Origin: Basidiobolus meristosporus CBS 931.73
Lineage: Eukaryota > Fungi > Basidiobolomycota
Assembly (NCBI GenBank): GCA_002104905.1
Contig: MCFE01000066.1
Location: forward strand, 62,001-126,000
Length of the DNA: 64,000 nucleotides
Direction: 5' to 3'
Shown: piece after piece, positions 25,781 through 40,300 of the stretch
How the letters are laid out: every line of letters begins with the position of its first letter
Position numbering within the stretch: position 1 is the stretch's first letter
Notes under the pieces: generated by a model
Database searches by the model: none
Seen by the model: the letters and a program-made list of their open reading frames with translations, nothing else
Told to the model about the DNA's origin: nothing
Translations under genes and position numbers: made by a program

Positions 25781-28700
25781 TGTTACAAGTCTTGGTATAA
25801 GAGTTGTAGAGGAATAGGGAGTTTAGCTAGTATTGTATTCACTAAAACTTGAACTGATTTTTATTGAGGTTCCAGCAGCTCCTTATATACATGTTGCCAG
25901 ATCAATTGTTGACTAATTGTATTTCCTAATGTAGGTTGTGGCTGATGACTCATTTGATTGCATCATCATCACCCAATAAGATCCTACTTAATATATCTAT
26001 TTCTGTCTGATAAGGATCTGCTGATTCATTTGCTGACTAATGCTACTGATTTCATAGATAATACTGATATACTGATAACCTAAACATATACTAATTGATT
26101 TGACTAAAAACTGATCTAACTTAACCACTCAAGCGGCAGATCATAACATTCTCCCCTACTAAAGTTGAGAGGGTTCTCCTGAATCTCTTTTCTTGTGATA
26201 CCAATATCTTGATGGTTCATTATTATCAGCAAGTCTTGCATGCTTGAGTCTGTCCCTATGCACTAAGTCTTCCCGGATATTGCCTTGTTTGTCCACCAGT
26301 TGGTAAGTTGCAAATGGACATTCTCTGATGATCTTGAATGGTCCTGTCCATTGTGGCTCAAATTTCTTCCGAGTGTTGTTTCTTAGCAATACAAAGTTCC
26401 CAACTGTCAATACTTCTGGTGCTATAGTCTTATCAAATCTCTGCTTCATCTTTTCTGCGCTTTGAGATACTTTGGTCTGTGCCTCTTGACGTCTTTGTTC
26501 CAGTTGCTGGTGTCTACTTGGCTGACTGAGTTCATCTTCTAAGGTGTCTGTAAGTTTTGGTTGTGTGAGATCTCCTGGAATCCTTGGTTCACATCCATAA
26601 ACTAAGTAAAATGGTGATTGCTGGGTGGTGTTGTGTACTCTGACTCTGCATGCAAAGAGTGCTTGGTCTATATACTCATCCCATCTACTGACAACTCCAT
26701 TTGCATACTTGGTCAGCATTTTCCCAAATAATCCATTGAACCGCTCAGTGACTCCATTAGTTCTGGGGTGATATGCTGAGGTTTTCAAGTGTCTGATCTA
26801 CTGCATTTCCAGGTAAGCCTCTAATGTCTTTGCCATAAAGTTTGCACCTCTATCAGATAAGATCTCCACAGGGCATCCAAACTTCATCAGGATCTCATGG
26901 TAAATGAAACTTGCAACTTCTTGTTCACTGGCTATTGGTACAGCTTTAGCAACTGGTCATTTAGTGGCATGGTCAATTGCTACTAGGATCCAACGGTTGC
27001 ATTTCCTGGTAGTTGGCAGACTTCCAATAAAGTCAATTCCCCATCTCTCAAATGGTCTTACAGGCTCCAAAGGGAAGAGTTTGGCAATTCTTTGTGGCTG
27101 GCCTTGATTGATTTGGCAGTTTGGGCATGTTTTCACTAGCTTCTCAATATCTTGTTTCATTCTGGGCCACCATGCTCTGGCTTTCACAAGGCTATAGGTT
27201 CCTTCAATCCCAAGATGTCCATATCCATTGTGTAGCTTATGTATTAAATCCAGGCGAGCAACATAAGGACAATAGGCAATAGGGCTTCCATCAACAATTC
27301 GGTAGAGTGTTTCATCCTGTACAACAAATTTGCTGGCTTCATCACGGATTATCTTCTTGATATCTTCATCCACCTCATTAGGAATGGCTTGGTCCTCCAA
27401 GTACTTTGGTAATAGGCTAGGCCAATCTGATTCATGTACCAAGTTGAGTTGTGCAACTTGATCTAATCTTGATAAGGCATCAGCAACCGTGTTGTTTTTT
27501 CCTTGGCAGTAGACAATCTCCAGGTCAAATTGCTGAATGTATTCACTCCATCTTGTCATTCTTCTAGAGAGTACCTTCTGAGTTAATATATACTTGAGGG
27601 AGGCATGATCAGTCTTCACAGTGCATTTGACTCCTTCAATATAGCATCTCCATGTCTTCAAACAGTGTATTATAGCAAGCATCTCCTTCTCATGGACTGG
27701 ATAGCTTTGTTCTGCTGAGTTCAGTTTCTTGGATTCAAAGGCAACAGGGTGGTCCTTTCCCTTGTGTTCTTGGCTCAGCACTCCACCAATTGCATAATCT
27801 GAAGCATCTGTGCACAGAGTGAACTCTTTTCTGAAGTCTGGTATTCTTAGGCTTGGCAGCTTAGCAAGTTCATTCTTGAGCGTCTGGAAGGCAGTCTCAC
27901 AAGCTATGTCCCACTTATAGGTATTGTCTTTCTTGAGGATATCAGTTAAAGGGGCTGCAATACTTGCAAAAGACTTGACAAATCTCTGATAATAGGAAAC
28001 CATTCCGAGGAATGATCTGAGTTCTGATATGCTATGGGGTTGCTTCAAATTCTTGATTACTTCCACCTTCTTTGGGTCTAAGGTTACTCCTGTGCTAGTC
28101 ACTATGTGTCCCAGGTATTCAACGTGCTCCTTGAAGAATTCACACTTGGCTAGCTTGCCATATGGCTTGTTCTCTCTTAGTTTCTTCAAGACCTTTTCAA
28201 TGTGCACTATGTGATCCTCTTCTGTCTTGCTGTATATCAATATGTCATCCAGGTAGATTATCACAAACTTGTCTAAGTACTCCTGAAAGACAGTCTGCAT
28301 CAGCGTCATGAATGTTGCAGGGGCATTAGTGAGGCCAAAACTCATGACTAAGTACTTGTAATGTCCATATCTGGTCCTGAATGCTGTCTTAGGGATATCT
28401 TCTGGTTTCACCCTAATCTGGTTGTATCCTGACATGAGGTCAATCTTGCTGAAAATAGTGGCTCCATTAAGTTGGTCCAAAAGCTCATCAATCCAAGGTA
28501 TGGGGTACTTATTCTTGACGGTAACTGAGTTCAGGGCTCTGTAGTCAATGCACATCCTAAGTGTTCCATCCTTCTTTTTCACAAAAAGCACTGGTGCTCC
28601 CCAGGGTGACTTGCTGGGCCTGATGTATCCTTGCTCCAATAGCTGATCAATTTGTCTCTTCATTTCCTCCAATTCCAATGGACTCATTCGGTAAGGTGTC

Positions 28701-30718
28701 TTGCTCACTGGAGGGCTATCTCCTCTGTCTATGGCATGATCCACGTCTCTGACTGGTGGTAGGCTTACAAGCTCATCTGGAAACACGTCTGAATATTTCT
28801 TCAAGAGAGTCTGGACCTGCTGGGGTGCTGGGGTAGAGGAATCCTCCTGTAATACCGCCATGAGGAACATCTGGGTACCTTTTCTAAGTGCTCTACAGAA
28901 CTGGGTCTTGCTAAGTTCACTTGTCTCACACACACTGGAATTGACCAAGTTGAAATCCAGCCTGGCAGGTAATAGCTCATAGGTCTTGTTGTCTTTTTGG
29001 ATCTGAATTGCATGGGTTCTCCAGTTGATTGATGGATTACAACAAAATAGCCAGGTTTTCCCAAGTACAAGGTCAAACTTGCAGTTCCCAAATATATAAG
29101 CCTGTAGGTCTTCTTCATAGTCATTGATCTTCATTCTTACTGGCTGGGTGATACGGTTGATTATGTGGGAGTTCCCATCAGCTGTGGAAACTGAAGTTGA
29201 TTTGGTAGGTTCCGAGTTGATTCCAGCTTTCAAAGCAAATTGCTCTGACATGTACTCATGCGATGCTCCTGAGTCAATCATGATCTTGGCAGGTACTCCA
29301 TTGATTACTGCATTCAAGTACAATAACTTCCCTGAGTTTGAAGTCATTTGGGACAAGTACTCTTCTGTCATATGGAAGGTGAGTTCCAAGTCTTCTTCAA
29401 GCTCATCTTCCACATTACTGTGCTCATGGGACTCAATAAGGTTGAAGGTTCTTGTTGGCTGGTGGCCATTTCTTCTCTGAGGGCAGTACTTTGCAATATG
29501 TCCCTGCTGGTGGCAATTGAAGCAAAGTCCTCTCTTCTTGCATTCTTCTGAGGAGGGATTCTTCTGCATAGCGTCTATTTCCATTGGTACTACTTCTGAT
29601 TGTCTTCTTTCATAATGATTATAGCCTTTCTGATTAGTCACTGTAGGCTTCCCAACTCCAAACATAGCTGAGTCATAGTCAATGGCAATCTTGATGGCTT
29701 CTTCAATAGTCTGAGGTCTTTGGTAATTGACTTCCTTGCGAGTTCTTTCTTTCAACCCATCAATAAAGTATTCAACTTGATCCAAGGGGTCCATTCTTTC
29801 AATTTGTCCAAGTAGACATCTGTACTCATAGATGTATTGTTGCACCATTCCTTTCTGTCTGAGTGTCTTTAACTTCCTTCTTAGTAGTGTCTGCTGGTGT
29901 GGAGGTTCAAAAGCATCCTGAATTTCCGACACAAACTCATCCCAGGTAGAGATTGTAGAGCATCCCATCATAGTGGCTGACCTGATCTTGTTGTGGTACC
30001 ACTGTAAAGCTGCATCTGCCAGGTAAGAAGCTGCATAATGCAACTTGCTTTCTGGAGCAATTCCTTTAGCTTTAAAAGCTTCTTCAATCTGAAAGAGCCA
30101 AGTTCCCAGGTTTTCATTGACTCTGCCATGGTACCGGTTGACCTTCACACTAAAGTTGCTCTTGACAGGGCTTTGCTGGCTCTGAGCCATGGTAGTCATT
30201 CCTTGTTGCTGTTGGCTGAGGATCTGGAGTAACTGTTGCTGTTGGGCCAGGATTTGCTGCATGGCATTCTTCCATTCTTGATTGTCCAACATCTTGAGGG
30301 TGGTTTCTTCTTTCTTCAGGAGGGAGGTTTCTGGTTATCGCTGCTACCAATGTTACAAGTCTTGGTATAAGAGTTGTAGAGGAATAGGGAGTTTATCTAG
30401 TATTGTATTCACTAAAACTTGAACTGATTTTTATTGAGGTTCCAGCAGCTCCTTATATACACGTTGCCAGATCAATTGCTGACTAATTGTATTTCCTAAT
30501 GTAGGTTGTGGCTGATGACTCATTTGATTGCATCATCATCACCCAATAAGATCCTACTTAATATATCTATTTCTGTCTGATAAGGATCTGCTGATTCATT
30601 TGCTGACTAATGCTACTGATTTCATAGATAATACTGATATACTGATAACCTAAACATATACTAATTGATTTGACTAAAAACTGATCTAACTTAACCATTC
30701 AAGCGGCAGATCATAACA
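25781..30718 (-). mobile_element. Near-intact Ty3/gypsy LTR retrotransposon (gypsy-A, 4938 bp)
   Basis: 368-bp LTRs 25781-26148 and 30351-30718 (4 mismatches), 4-bp TSD AATG, PBS TGGTAGCAGCG next to the 5' LTR, PPT AGTAGGGGAGAA. Confidence 0.98.
26159..30292 (-). pseudogene. gag-pol: Single-frame gypsy gag-pol (~1377 codons) with two nonsense changes in integrase
   Basis: gag with [14 protein letters not shown] knuckle, MIDSGAS protease, [13 protein letters not shown] RNase H, HNGYGH..CPNC and GIDFIG integrase, WTGPFKII GPY/F motif; stops at 26957-26959 (TGG->TGA) and ~26790 (CAG->TAG); no chromodomain seen. Confidence 0.95.
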
Positions 30719-31175
30719 AATGCAGACTCCTTGGGCTCTCAGTCAAGCAGGCAAATGAGAATATCTGTAGAGCCACAAGCACACCATAATACTGAGGCAT
30801 ATGAGAATGTTGCAAACATAGTACCACTGATTGAAGACCAACCAGTGGCCATCATAACATCAATCCCACACTTGACAGCAATTGAGTTGTCAACTCATAC
30901 CTAAGGATTAATGAGGCTATTAGGTGCAGTGGCTGGTAGGATAGTTGCAATGGCCTATAGAAAGCAGGAAATATTCCAGATTCAGGATGTGTGGATTATA
31001 TTTGTTGAGTAAATGATGTACCAGGTAGAGAATGCAGTATCTTTGCTGCAACAAGCAAGCTCATGTAGCTCAATGTCACTGCCAAGAATTGAGCCATTTC
31101 CCAATTTTACAGCAGAGGAGCACCATGTGGTACCAAAAGCACAACAATAGTTCCCAATAATAAAGTGTTTAGAAA

Positions 31176-31509
31176 TGTTGTCAGATTCTTAGAGATATTG
31201 AAGGTGACTTAGAGCACAAGTAGATTTTGTGGTTTTGCTTAATGAGTTATTGAGTGTTTTAGTAATATTTATAATTTTTCACAGTCTTGGCCTGACAGAC
31301 ATATAGAATAGGCTTAAGAAGCTTCCAAGGGCATGTGTGCAAAGTTTGGGGCAGCTTGGATAACTCTGTGAATTTCAAGTCCTGGGTACTTGATATTTTG
31401 CTGAAAATATTCTACCTGAGTCCCAACAAGTAGCTTAGCCTGTATTCTCTAGAATTTGTAGGTAATGTTCTAAGTGACCAGGTTAGGTAACTCTTTGGGT
31501 GGAATAACA
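31176..31509. repeat. ~335-bp LTR-like repeat, family F (also 44148-44481, 51934-52269; pieces at ~10360-10440 and 56806-57089)
   Basis: Ends TGTT(A/G)...ACA, internal GTATAAATACT TATA-like box, ~334-336 bp in three copies; no TSD recognised. Confidence 0.6.
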
Positions 31510-32289
31510 GATTTTTAAAACAAGAAAAACCTATCATAGTAAGGGAAGGAGTGACTGTGCAGTTTATACCCAATCCCAAAAATCAACACAAATTGATGAT
31601 CCATGAAGCCATTGAGTGCAATGATGAAGTTGGGACTAATATTTATGTGGCTGTTGGAAGTCTAGCATGACATCACTTTAAGGCTGGCATGCCATGGGAC
31701 CATCAGGAGCTTAAGGCCAAGCAGAATGCACACAGCCTATTCCATGAGGATTGTCCTGTATTCAAGCATGCATACCCTATGAAATATAATTTGGTGCTGC
31801 GGGAGAATCCAATCCAGATCAGCCATCAGGATCCCATTTGGAGACCGTAAAAGCACTAACAGCTTGGAATTAGAGACTCTCTTAACAATCTTTTGGTTGG
31901 ATTATGACAGCATTTAGTTAATTTTACTTCCTAATATAGTTATAAAACCTGACAAGGCTTGATTGGTGCTGTAGCAATAATTGCATGACATTGTTGCGGA
32001 CTTAATGTGCTCTACAACTATTTTAAGCAGATTCAACAGGCTAGTGCATCCAATTGCCTTACATGGCAAAAACCTGACAATGTATTAACTGCCTCATTGT
32101 AAGTCTCTGATGGCATTATTGTCGCAGTATGGCAGCCTATAGTTAGTTCTGTAAAATGCAACTGTACCAATTTACCAAATGATATTTTGTTTTCATACCT
32201 CTCCTTATGCAGTTAATAAACCACTGTAGAATATCCCTCATTATTTGCTGACTCACTATTACCTTAGGTATTCCACATATAGTTCAAAT

Positions 32290-35200
32290 CAAGAAATACC
32301 ATGGCCTCCTCCTTACTAGCAACTACCAACACTCTCCCCACTGTAATTGACATGCTTCTATCATCTCAAGTTTATGGCTGTTTAATATGATACTTGCAAA
32401 GCTGACATATACCTTGTACTGCCGGTAACATAAACATCTTGCAAACATATGCCTGGTTGCCACCATTTGTGCCATGAATGCCTCCTTTATATCTGGAAAG
32501 AACTTTCTGATATTTAGCCAATATATTCCTTCTCCTTATTGGATTCTAGCTGCCTTACATATGTGCTCTTGCTCTTGTCTGAACAAGTTCTGTATGGAAT
32601 GGTGTCAAAGTTAGCTTGAGACCAACAGAAACCTGTTTACTATGGTAAAGTTTTCCTGATAAAGATTAGTTGCTTGTTGCACCTAACCCAACTTTGCATT
32701 ACTTTATGGATTACCCACACATTGGGGCTGCTTAGCTTCTTAATTCCATAGGCATAGATGTGTTACAAGTCTTGGTATAAGAGTTGTAGAGGAATAGGGA
32801 GTTTAGCTAGTATTGTATTCACTAAAACTTGAACTGATTTTTATTGAGGTTCCAGCAGCTCCTTATATACATTTTGCCAGATCAATTGCTGACTAATTAT
32901 ATTTCCTAATGTAGGTTGTGGCTGATGACTCATTTGATTGCATCATCAACACCCAATAAGATCCTACTTAATATATCTGTTTCTGTCTGATAAGGATCTG
33001 CTGATTCATTTGCTAACTGATGCTACTGATTTCATAGATAATACTGATATACTGATAACCTAAACATATACTATTTGATTTGACTAAAAACTGATCTAAC
33101 TTAAACATTCAAGCGGCAGATCATAACGATGTCTCTGTGTGAACATCTGTCTTCAGTACCCTTCAACTCTTCCTGGCAGTAACTCATGTGCCAACTCATT
33201 GCATTGGTCCCAGACTTGAAGGTAATATTCTGGATAAGATTAGGATATGGTAGTACCTGCAGCATGACTTGTCTTCCTATCTCCCCACACATCCACTCCA
33301 CAGGAAACTCCCTAAAGGTGAAGCAAGGCCCAATATTCTCCACACACCTAGCAAGATGGAGTAGAGAATGGATACAGTAGTGGCAGAGATCTACGCATGC
33401 AGCTTTGTGTTTGTAGTAGAGCAGCTTGAATACCATTATAAACTTGTTGCATAACAGTTGTAGATGTGTCAAGTTGTCATTGGTGATCCCCTTCTGGATA
33501 AATGTTCCTACAATGTCCACATATGACTCTCAAGGCTTTAATGTACTCTAGGTAGGAATGGCTTCAGAATGCTACTTGAATCAATATATATCCAGTTTAA
33601 CCAGTCTTGGCATTTGTATTGTGGCATATGCTTATGAATAGTGATTGGAGCCCATAAGAAGCACTTAAGATAGAGGCTGCATTGTAATATCTTGCCATCA
33701 CTTTCAAATTTCTTGGGTGTCTCAAAGGGCTTACTTATGTTGAAATGCTCCATGTACAACTTGGTCATTAGTATAGGATATTTGTTGAAAAGCAAATGCA
33801 ATGCTCTCAGTGGAAAGCTTTTGCTCTAACAAATACCCTTCATCTTCAGTATCTCCGGTTTCCAATTGATTCCATATTCTTGCTGATGGCTAATAGCTTG
33901 CCACCTTTGCTGCAATTGCAAGTTGACATCTGTAAGTTCTCTATATGGGGAGATGATTATCTCAGTGTTGGTGTTGAGGTAATAAAAATATTTGTGAGTT
34001 ATGGAGTAAATCCCTAGATCTCACACATTTAACAGCAATACCATCCATGGTGCTGAGAAAAGCTGGCTATCTTGCTGATGGCTGGGGTATCTCCAAAGCA
34101 GATAATAGTATGCATGTTGACATGATGGCCATTTACTGTTATCCTGCTGGAAAGCACACAACATTCATTCAGCAATGGATACAAGTAGCTATCCAGGTTG
34201 AACAGTGATTTAGGTCCAGATACCAGTGAGACTACCATCAGATAATTGCTCTGAAACCATAAGATGGGCAGCAGACTGGAAAGCATACAAAATTCATCCA
34301 GGTGGACACAGGTAGCTATCCAGTTTGGATGGTAATATAGGCCCAGATACCAGTGAGATTACCTTCAATCTTTACTCTGATACAGTATGATAGGCAACAG
34401 ATTCAGGTTGATGAAAATGAGTGGCCAGCATTAATTGCTGTTGGAGTACTTGTTTTATGAGAATCCATCAAGTGCTAGGGCAAATGTATGGTCTTAAATA
34501 CCTTTAAAGTAGCCCTTGCTTCAATGCTGTTTGCATTGTTTGCCATTAAATATATTGGATATGTTTGTACGTGATTGTTACTGAGTGTGGTATTTTATAG
34601 CTTTGCAATATTTGTTGGACTGTATGAGCTACCTTAGATGGGGTATTACCAGAATATATCTGAAGTGTGAACAATGTTTTCCCTTGTTAGTGTTGGATTC
34701 CTGACTGTTTGAACACATTGCAATGGTGGCCTTTTTGGATTTACATGCCATTCAACTGTCAACACATACTGGAATCAGGACAGTCTCTGGGTCATATGTT
34801 GCCAGTTGCATGATGGTTGTACACTTGTATTATGTATATGGTAAGTTGCATCCCAGAATGATTCTGGCAAGAAGTAGTTGTATATCATCAGAGCCCTCAT
34901 TACTGATATTGGTGGAAACATAGCACTTCTCTAGCCACAACATTATATCATTCACCAGTGGATGGATTACTGGACTCACTTGGCTCCACAAAGTATCCTT
35001 GGCATTTGTTTCAATGTGTGCTGTCTAAGAGCATACTGGGATTTGACCCTGCTCATACGTGGTACTGATGTTAGGGGAGATAGCCTCACAATCCATCAGT
35101 GAGCCTTCTTCATCAGAGATATCACTCTGAATGTTATATTCAAAAGGCTGGGGTGAGCCTAATGGTGCCAAAAACTCATCTGACTCAATTTGTGCAAGGT

Positions 35201-35431
35201 CACAATAATGGCAAGGTAAAAGTTTAGAAGTATTAGCTGGTGACAAGATACTGTTGGTGCAATTGTGACTGATGAATGGTCAAACATCACATATGTGGCA
35301 AAACACTGGCTGTGATCCTTGTTATACTTCCTATGCTGTCTGCATGCTGCATGGCTGAGTGGCGTTCTACAATAGCCACTTGGTCTTTTTTCTCTTTTCC
35401 TATAGTGTTGAATCAAAGTAGTCTTGTTCAT
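32290..35431 (-). pseudogene. CACTA-like transposase (Transposase_21 + DUF4218-like regions)
   Basis: MNKTTLIQHYRKREKRP start; SLVSGPKSLFNLDSYLYPLLNE; HYCIHSLLHLARCVENIGPCFTFREFPVEWMCGEIGR. Confidence 0.85.
32761..33127. mobile_element. Gypsy-A solo LTR
   Basis: Near-identical to the LTRs of 25781-30718; 4-bp TSD GATG; terminal A missing. Confidence 0.93.
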
Positions 35432-35668
35432 AGTTCAAAAAGTTAGTCACCCAAGAATGTAATGCCATTATATTACTTTTTGGTCAATGCTCATATAAAT
35501 TTAAGACAGTCTTGTACATGAGATATTGCACCTACATGAGTGTAAGTTTTAGTGATGACCCACCATAGTAAGCATTATAAACAAAGTTGTGGCACCACAT
35601 ACCCATGTATATGTAACACTAATTCCCCTTTGGTTTCACTCAATGACATATATATGCTTCTAAAAAAT

Positions 35669-36037
35669 TGTTACAAGTCTTGGTATAAGAGTTGTAGAGG
35701 AATAGAGAGTTTAGCTAGTATTGTATTCACTAAAACTTGAACTGATTTGTATTGAGATTCCAGCAGCTCCTTATATACACTTTGCCAGATCAATTGCTGA
35801 CTAATTGTAATTCCTAATGTGGGTTGTGGCTGATGACTCATTTGATTGCATCACCATCACCCAATCAGTTCCTACTTAATATATCTTTTTCTGTCTGATA
35901 AAGATCTGCTGATTCCTTTGCTGACTAATGCTGCTGCTTCAATAGATAATGTTGATATACTGAGAGGTTAAGCATATAACTAATTGATTTGACTAAAAAT
36001 TGATCTAACTTTAACATTCAAGTGGCAGATCATCACA
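35669..36037. mobile_element. Gypsy-A solo LTR inside codon 5-6 of the CACTA accessory ORF
   Basis: 4-bp TSD AAAT (35665-35668 / 36038-36041); removing it restores ATG CTT CTA AAA AAT AAA GCT. Confidence 0.92.
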
Positions 36038-37382
36038 AAATAAAGCTAAGTTGTCTAGTTCCCAACCAAACACAACTGCTGACAGCTGCAGAAGAATGGT
36101 TGGACAACAGATTGCTTTGACATTCAGTGCAACAAGCAGGGCTACATTCAAAAAGGCCATGTTAATAGTGTGCCCACTGAATGGAATAATACAGACTCCT
36201 CAAGCTCTCAGTCAAGTAGGCACATGATAACCTCTGCAGAGCTTCAAGCTGACCTTGATGCTCAAGCAACTGAGAGTGTAGCAAATACTGTACCTTAAGT
36301 TGAAGACCAGCAAGTGGCTGACATAATATCACCACCACCCACATTAGCAAGTAAGTTGTTAGCTCATACCAAAGCGTTAATGAAGCAATAAGGTGCAGTG
36401 GCTAATAGGATAGATGCATGACCTAGGGAAAATGGGAAATAGTCCAGAAACAGGATGAGTGGATAATGCATGTTGAGCAATCAATATCCCAGGTGTAGAA
36501 AGCAGTAACTTGCTGCAAAGAAGGCACTGAAGTAGCCCAATGTCAAAGCCAAGTATTGAGCCATTTCACAATGTAGCAGCAGAGGAGCACTCCACAGTCT
36601 TTGAGGTACAAAAACAGTGGCCAAAGAAAAAGCCCACAGAGAAACCTATCACAGTATGGGAGGAAGGCAATGTGGTGTTTATACTAAAGCCTAAATATTA
36701 AATGACAATGAACAGGCACAAAGCCATTGAGCGCAATAATGAAGAGTGGGCTAATTTTCAGGAGGCTGCTAGAAGTCTAGCATGCCATCACCTTAAGGCT
36801 GGCATACCAGGGGATCATCAGGAACTCAAGACTAAGCAGAATGCACTTGGCTTATTCCATGAACCTTATCCTGGATTCAAATGGGCAAACAGATTTTGGG
36901 CCAGCATTTGTATGCTAAAAAAGTATCTTATGAGTAGAAAAGACTTTCAAAGACACGGCTAAAAATCAGTGGCTTCCTCAAGAGCCCCTCACAGGCTGGG
37001 CCAAAAGCGCCAGACAATTGTCAAAGAGATGTCAGGTAGCTGCAAGAGTGTCAATAAGGGGCAAGCAGGTAGACAAAGATGCACCAGCATCACATTTATC
37101 AAGTAAAATGCCTGGTACCAGTTGAGAAGCACTAAGTCACAGTAGCAGCAAAGGACCTGGCAATGATATCAACCAGCAGCTTTCTCAGAAACCAGTCACA
37201 GCTACAGCTGAGAGCTCCAAATAAGCAGCAAAGAAACATCTGGTTGCCAGAAGAGTGCCAGCAAGGGACTAGCAGGCTAAAACAGATGCATCAGAGTAGA
37301 ATTTATCAAGGAGAAAATGTAGTTCATTACAAGAAACACTCAGACAAAGCAGCAGTGAAAAACTTGGCAGTGATAAAGGAAA

Positions 37383-40300
37383 TGTTGAAATATTGGACTA
37401 TTTGGTATCATTCAGCAGCTAAAAATTTACTTAACAATTCTAGACTAGTCTTAGTCCCTGAAGGACGCATTTACTGCCTTAACTTTGCCACTTTCTCCAG
37501 ATATATGATCTTATGATTATTCCCCTATAGTCAGGATCAAATTAGCACTATTACCAAATATTATGTACTAACCCTGAAACTGTTGCAGAATGCTCTTGAA
37601 TATTGAGAAACCATCCCTACTTAGTGTTACAGCTGTATTACTTCTACAAAGGTATAAATACTGAGCTTCTTTATGAATAAACAACAGTTCAACTATTATG
37701 ACTATTTCTTGATAAGTTCCCTATAACCAAATCACTTCTTAAATTGCAACAGGTTATGAGCCCCAATTGCCTTAATCTATTCTAAAAATGACTTCTACCA
37801 GCAAACAAAGCAATACCAACATCTTTCCTGTAAAGGAGAGGTTTGATGGGAAGAACTAGAGACTTTGGAGAATCAAGATGCAGATCCACCTTGAGGAAAG
37901 AAAGCTTTGCAACATAGTAACAGGAAAGGAAGTTGAGCCCAAAGGAACAGCAGAAGATGTGGAGAAGTTTCAAGAGGAGAGAAAGGCCTGCAATGCCATA
38001 TGCATCAATGTGCAAGACTCCTCCATTGGACAAATCCATGCCGCAAATACTGCCAAAGCAGCATGGGAATCCTTAGAGAAGATCTTTAGAGCAAAGTCAG
38101 TATCAAGCAAGCTTTATTTAAAACTAAAGTTCTTCAACATGAGGAAGAAGCCAGATGATGACATGCTACAACTCATTACCAGAATGGGGACACTTGCAGA
38201 AGACCTTTACAGTATTAATGCTGGTGTAGATGATGAAGAAAAGATACTCTGTCTGCTTTGCAGCCTACTAGATGAGTATGAACCACTCATACTTTCTTTT
38301 GAAAGCAGAGAAGACAACTTCACTTTAGACTATGTCAAAGGAAGACCTCTCCATGAAGTACTCAGATGTAATGATCAAGCAGAGAAAATTGAAGATAATG
38401 CTTTATTCAGTTCAGAAAGGCACACAGAAAAGAAGGGAAAGCAACAAAACCAAAGAAAACCTGGCTGCTGTAACTACTGTAAAAAGCCAGGACACTGGGC
38501 AAGAGAATGCAAGAAGAAACAAGCAGACAAAAAACAGAAACTAGAGCAGGCAAACCATATAACTACTGATGAACATTTATTTGTAACTGTACAAGAGAGT
38601 GCAAGTAACCAAAGTAATGAATGGTATATTGACTCTGGAGCATCACAGCATATTTGTCATATAAAGGATTGGTTCAGCAACTTAAAGACTATTCCCATAA
38701 GAAAGGTTTATCTGGGAGATTACTCTGCATTGGAAGCTACCGCCAGTGGGTCTGTACAACTAAATATGAGTGATAACTCAGGGGCAACAACAGCAAAACT
38801 GACTGACGTACTCTATGCACCTGGAATAGCTAAGAACCTACTCTCAGTCAGTAAAGCAACTACTCAGGGACTGAAATTTGTTTTTACTAAGCTGAGCTAC
38901 TCAATATTGAGTGAAAATGGACAAAAATTAGCTTTGGCAATCAGAGATCACAACATATACAAGTTACAATGCAAGATCATTGTACCTGAGTATGTAAACA
39001 TTGCTGAAACCGATGAAACCAACTGGGAAACGTAGCATAGGAGGCTAGGACACATTGGGGAACAGAAAATGAGCCAGTTGGTGAAAAATCAGCTTGTTTT
39101 GGGCCTAAAATATTCAATTCCAATCAAATTGAATGTTTGTAAGGGATGTTCATATGGCAAACAAGCTAGGCAACGTTTCAAGAGCTCAGAAGGCATCAAT
39201 ACCACCAAAATATTGGCTATTGTACACTCAGACATATGTGCCCCATGAGAACACTGTCCTTTGGAGCCAAGAGATACTTTATGACGTTTATTGATGACAA
39301 GACAAGATATACATGGGTGTATTTCCTCAAAACAAAGGATGAAGCTTTAGAGACGTTTAAGCACTTCAAGAACATGGCAGAAACTCAAACTGGGTGTAAG
39401 TTGAAGGTACTACAAAGTGACCATGGAGGAGAATACTGCTCAAAGGAGTTTGCAAAATACCGCTTGTCTACTGGTATACTTCAGCAGACCACAGTTCCTC
39501 ATACTCCACAGCAAAATGGAGTAGCAGAACGTCAAATAGAACAATGGTAGAGATGGGAAGATCTATGCTACATGATAATGGAATGGACTACAGGTTTTGG
39601 GCTGAATCTGTTGCTACCACTGTATACATCAAGAACAGATGCCCAACAACAGCACTACGTGATTCTACACCCTTTGAAGCTTATACAGGCAATAAACCAG
39701 ACCTCCAGCACCCCAAGATGTTTGGCAGTGATGTTTTTTATCACATCCCTGACAAAAAACGCTCAAAGTTGGAACCAAAGAGTAGGAAAGGGACCTTTCT
39801 TGGGTATTGTGAAGATACTAAAGGGTATAGAGTGTATGATGGCAAAATTCAGAAGCTGATCAGGAGCAGGGACGTTGTATTTGAGGAGAATTCAGATCAG
39901 AAAGCCACAGAAATCATTGGCCAGCTGCCTGATGATGCAATCAACACTAATAAAGAAGATACGTACCAAATCCAGCCAGATATGGAAGATACTTCTACCA
40001 GCTCTAGATCAGAACAGATTATCCCGGTTAGGTGATCTACTAGAATAAGAAATGCCCCTGGATCCTGGTGGCAGACATCCAATGATCATGAAGAAGCTTA
40101 TCTTGCCTTATGTGCCAAACCTCAGAATTAGGAACAGGCAATGCAAAGTCCAGATGCTACTAAGTGGCAACAAGCCATGCAGAAGGAGTACCAATCACTG
40201 ATCAAGGCAAAAACATGGGAACTGGTAGACTTACCAAATGGGAGAAAGCCAATAGGATGTAGATGGATCTACAAGATCAAGATAACCTCAAATGGTGCCG

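Noticed and set aside
26950-26965. Programmed readthrough at the TGA in gypsy integrase
   Set aside because: The homologous fragment has TGG (Trp) at 9131-9133, and a second nonsense change lies downstream; this is ordinary decay.
28029-30350. Antisense or alternate-frame ORFs over gypsy and copia (e.g. 29124-29480, 28801-29124, 4397-4708, 5621-5935)
   Set aside because: They are shadows of the gag-pol frames with no independent motifs.
34150-34430. Local ~130-bp duplication in the CACTA transposase (and ~60 bp at 24330-24430 in copia RT) as functional repeats
   Set aside because: Each is present in one decayed copy only, consistent with slippage or repair.
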